DNA of 64,000 nucleotides from Candidatus Atabeyarchaeum deiterrae (GTDB taxonomy: Archaea; Asgardarchaeota; Atabeyarchaeia; Atabeyarchaeales; Atabeyarchaeaceae). Under the pieces are notes generated by a model. That model was not told the DNA's origin. It did not search any database and worked only from the letters and a program-made list of their open reading frames with translations. Where the stretch lies: assembly GCA_037310415.1 (NCBI GenBank), contig CP147780.1:2208001-2272000 (forward strand), read 5' to 3'. Positions within the stretch are counted from its first letter, which is position 1. Each line of letters opens with the position of its first letter. Below are positions 61,501 to 64,000 of this stretch, piece by piece. Both the position numbers and the translations under genes were made by a program.

Positions 61501-61576
61501 AATCGTAGTTCCTCCTAAGGCGGAAGTTATCAACATATAGTTGCGAGCGATCATATTTTAGGATTGCCCTTTTGGC

Positions 61577-62860
61577 ATGGATTTCACCGCCAATGAAGTT
61601 GTGGAAACGCTGAACTTGCCCACAGATTCTGTGAGTGTCTCTCACCTCGCCTCGACTTTCTATAATCTCATTGACTCTGCTATTTCTGAGAGAGCCAAAA
61701 CTTTATTTCGAACCTCATGCGCTAGGAAATTGGTTGTGATTCATGTGAATGAGATCCTGAAAGTAGACGATGTTCTTGTCAAGAGAATCTACGAAGGTCA
61801 CTTTGAGAGCAGCATGGCTCCACAAGTGTACAAGGAGATCTATGACTTTCTATCCAGCCCTGGAATCCAGAAACAGATGAAGCCTGTCCTGGAATCCCAT
61901 GAAATATGGATTAAGCCCAACTTGACGAATCCAAGACCCCCAGAAACAGGATGCATAACTCACCCCGCTGCAGCAAAAGCGGTGGTGGACTATCTGCGCG
62001 ACTTTGTTAAGGTGAAGAAGCCCATTAGATTTGTAGAGACCATTACATACCACAAGGGTGCAGGCATGTCTGAGATCCTTGAGAAGCTTCCCAGGCAGGA
62101 GAGAGAAGTGATTGAAGATAAAATAAAGAACAAGGATCCTGGTCAGGACATGCATGACTTCGGTTTCGATTTGTTGCTGGAACTTAGCGGAATTAGGAAG
62201 CTTGTGAAAAACTACAGAGATAGTGGTTTAGATGTGGATATCGTCAATTTGAGCAAAGAACCAGTCATGACAACAGAAGAGAGAGGGGATATTGCCCGTA
62301 GGGTTGAGCGACTTCTTGGCGAGGAGTTTCTCCCAAGCGAAAAGATCAAGACCAAAATACTGGAAAACATTCCCAGAGTCATGAGGATGAGAAACATTGG
62401 ACTCATCTCGTTGACGCTGCCCAAGACACATGACGAGCCCCAAGCTTGGATGACAGGCTCGGTGAAGAATATTGCTCTCGGTCTTTATCCAAAATACAAG
62501 GCATTCATGCACAAGGAACTCGCAAAGGCAATGGTCTATTATTACGCGTTCTGGAAAATCGGGCTCGAAGATCGCATCTTCGGTATAGTCACTGGGCCAC
62601 TTGGACAGGATTGTGAGGGACCGATATTTGGAAGAGCTGTTGATTTCCCTTTCATTGTAGCTGGATCTGACTTGTTACGTGTGGACAGCGTAACGACCAC
62701 TTTGGTGGCAGGTGACTTGGATCTCATCAATTTACTCAACGTTTTTAAGTACGGACAAATGAAGATCGGTAGAGTAGCTTTGAGACGGGAGCTTGCGAAG
62801 ATCCTTCCCTATGCTTTGAAGTTCCAGCCATATCCTTATCCGACGACTAAGCTTGGGTAG
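61577..62860 (+). CDS. DUF362-family protein
   Basis: IKPNL, THP, PKTH, GSVKN, EGP, D.LRVD motifs. Confidence 0.75.
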   Translation: MDFTANEVVETLNLPTDSVSVSHLASTFYNLIDSAISERAKTLFRTSCARKLVVIHVNEILKVDDVLVKRIYEGHFESSMAPQVYKEIYDFLSSPGIQKQMKPVLESHEIWIKPNLTNPRPPETGCITHPAAAKAVVDYLRDFVKVKKPIRFVETITYHKGAGMSEILEKLPRQEREVIEDKIKNKDPGQDMHDFGFDLLLELSGIRKLVKNYRDSGLDVDIVNLSKEPVMTTEERGDIARRVERLLGEEFLPSEKIKTKILENIPRVMRMRNIGLISLTLPKTHDEPQAWMTGSVKNIALGLYPKYKAFMHKELAKAMVYYYAFWKIGLEDRIFGIVTGPLGQDCEGPIFGRAVDFPFIVAGSDLLRVDSVTTTLVAGDLDLINLLNVFKYGQMKIGRVALRRELAKILPYALKFQPYPYPTTKLG

Positions 62861-62958
62861 GACGAATTGCCTTTGACGCGCCAACTCACACAGATCTACT
62901 CTTGTATTCCATGATTATGGAGACTGCAAAGTCTAAATATACCCTCGACCGTACTTGA

Positions 62959-63573
62959 ATGAATATGAGCAAGCAAAATCCCGAAGGTCTGGCAAAAAAG
63001 GCAGCTCAGGATAAGGAACTACTTTCTCAACTAATAGAAGGGATCTTGACCAAGAAGGCATCAACGCGCTTCACCAGTTTCAATGCGCTCACAATTCTGA
63101 GTGAAGAGCATCCCGAAGTTCTATATCCTGAATTTGACCACTTCGTAGACTTGCTCGGCAGCAAGGATAATAGTTCAAGGTACATCGCACTTCACATCAT
63201 AGCGAATCTCACAACGGTCGACACTGAAAAGAAGTTTGAGCAAGTATTTGACAAATACTTCAATCTGTTCGATGACAGAAATCTGCCCACAGCCGCACAC
63301 GCCGTGGGCAATTCTGGCAAGATCGCAAAAGCGAAACCAGAACTGGAAACCAAGATATCTAAAAAGTTGCTGAACATAGATGAGACAAGTCATACCCCCG
63401 AACACAAAGACCTGATGAAGTCATACGCCGTCGATGCCTTCGGCGAGTATTTCGATGTGGCAAGTGACAAGCTCAAGATACTTGAATTCGTCAAGAAGCA
63501 GCTCTATAGCAAGAGCCCGCGAGCCAGGAAAGCAGTCAAGGAATTCCTAGAGAAATGGGGAAAAACAGAGTAG
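62959..63573 (+). CDS. HEAT-repeat protein
   Basis: HPEVLYP.FD.FVDLL, IIANL, GKIAKAKPEL helical repeats. Confidence 0.75.
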   Translation: MNMSKQNPEGLAKKAAQDKELLSQLIEGILTKKASTRFTSFNALTILSEEHPEVLYPEFDHFVDLLGSKDNSSRYIALHIIANLTTVDTEKKFEQVFDKYFNLFDDRNLPTAAHAVGNSGKIAKAKPELETKISKKLLNIDETSHTPEHKDLMKSYAVDAFGEYFDVASDKLKILEFVKKQLYSKSPRARKAVKEFLEKWGKTE

Positions 63574-63699
63574 ACCGTTACTCCAGCAAGAGCCAACCAG
63601 CTCGACGGATTAGAACGCGAATAGAAAAAGGTGGTTGAAGCTGTGGTAGCAACCAGCCAATTCTTACCGCAGAGAAAGCTGAGACGTGCTAAACAAGGT

Positions 63700-64000
63700 T
63701 CACCATCTCATTGACCCAAAGTTCTTCTGTACGACCTTGTCCATACCCTTCATTATGCTCAACGAATCATGCTTCTTCAAGTATTGTTTCAGCTCGTCCA
63801 TGGTGGCTGTTTCTCCCTTCTTCGCAGCATAGTAGGCAAGGTAGACATCTGCAACAGCTTCCTTGGCCTGCTGAGGAGTGAATTCTGGTTCTTTATTCTT
63901 GATTATGCAGTCCGCGAAATAGGTATCCTCGACTCTCGCAGCTATTGTGTAATATCCTGGAAACGGGCTATGTTCGACTTGAGGGCTATAATACTCACAC
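63700..64000 (-). CDS. Partial CDS (C-terminus), probably Gfo/Idh/MocA oxidoreductase
   Basis: Open frame from the window edge: ...EDTYFADCIIKNKEPEFTPQQAKEAVADVYLAYYAAKKG...MRW*. Confidence 0.6.
   Translation of the reverse strand, partial: CEYYSPQVEHSPFPGYYTIAARVEDTYFADCIIKNKEPEFTPQQAKEAVADVYLAYYAAKKGETATMDELKQYLKKHDSLSIMKGMDKVVQKNFGSMRW

Noticed and set aside
1899-63405. Numerous antisense or nested ORFs in the six-frame track
   Set aside because: They overlap well-supported genes on the opposite strand or in another frame and show no family motifs
1-64000. CRISPR array, tRNA or rRNA genes
   Set aside because: No regularly spaced repeats (including near tnpB), cloverleafs or rRNA signatures found by eye; T-loop-like GTTCGAA hits lie inside CDSs

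Overview
Archaeal chromosomal segment (gatD/gatE, archaeal-type asnS, TATA-like promoters, T-tract terminators). An Asgard/Bathyarchaeia-like heterotroph is plausible but not provable from this window. Contents: presenilin-like protease, dpp/opp peptide ABC system, double-domain KaiC-like protein, nagA, gatDE-asnS, SNAP/TPR-like and CdvA-like coiled-coil proteins, a fatty-acid beta-oxidation cluster, an AT-richer accessory island (clan-CD protease/toxin-like gene plus membrane partner, small PD-(D/E)XK nuclease, Zn-ribbon protein), polX, a flavoprotein disulfide reductase, a GH4 sugar locus and a Lon-like protease. Main observations: (1) the essential gene gatE is interrupted by a 41-nt insertion that folds into a canonical bulge-helix-bulge (BHB) motif, and cutting it as the tRNA splicing endonuclease would restores the conserved reading frame exactly; a second, 38-nt BHB-type intron joins two out-of-frame ORFs about 4.4 kb away, suggesting tRNA-type introns in mRNAs; (2) an intact tnpB sits between IS6-like 22-bp terminal inverted repeats with an 8-bp target duplication rather than IS200/IS605 ends; (3) a 367-bp protein-free IS200/IS605 mini-element carries only a structured, omegaRNA-like RNA. 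No rRNA, tRNA or CRISPR array was found.
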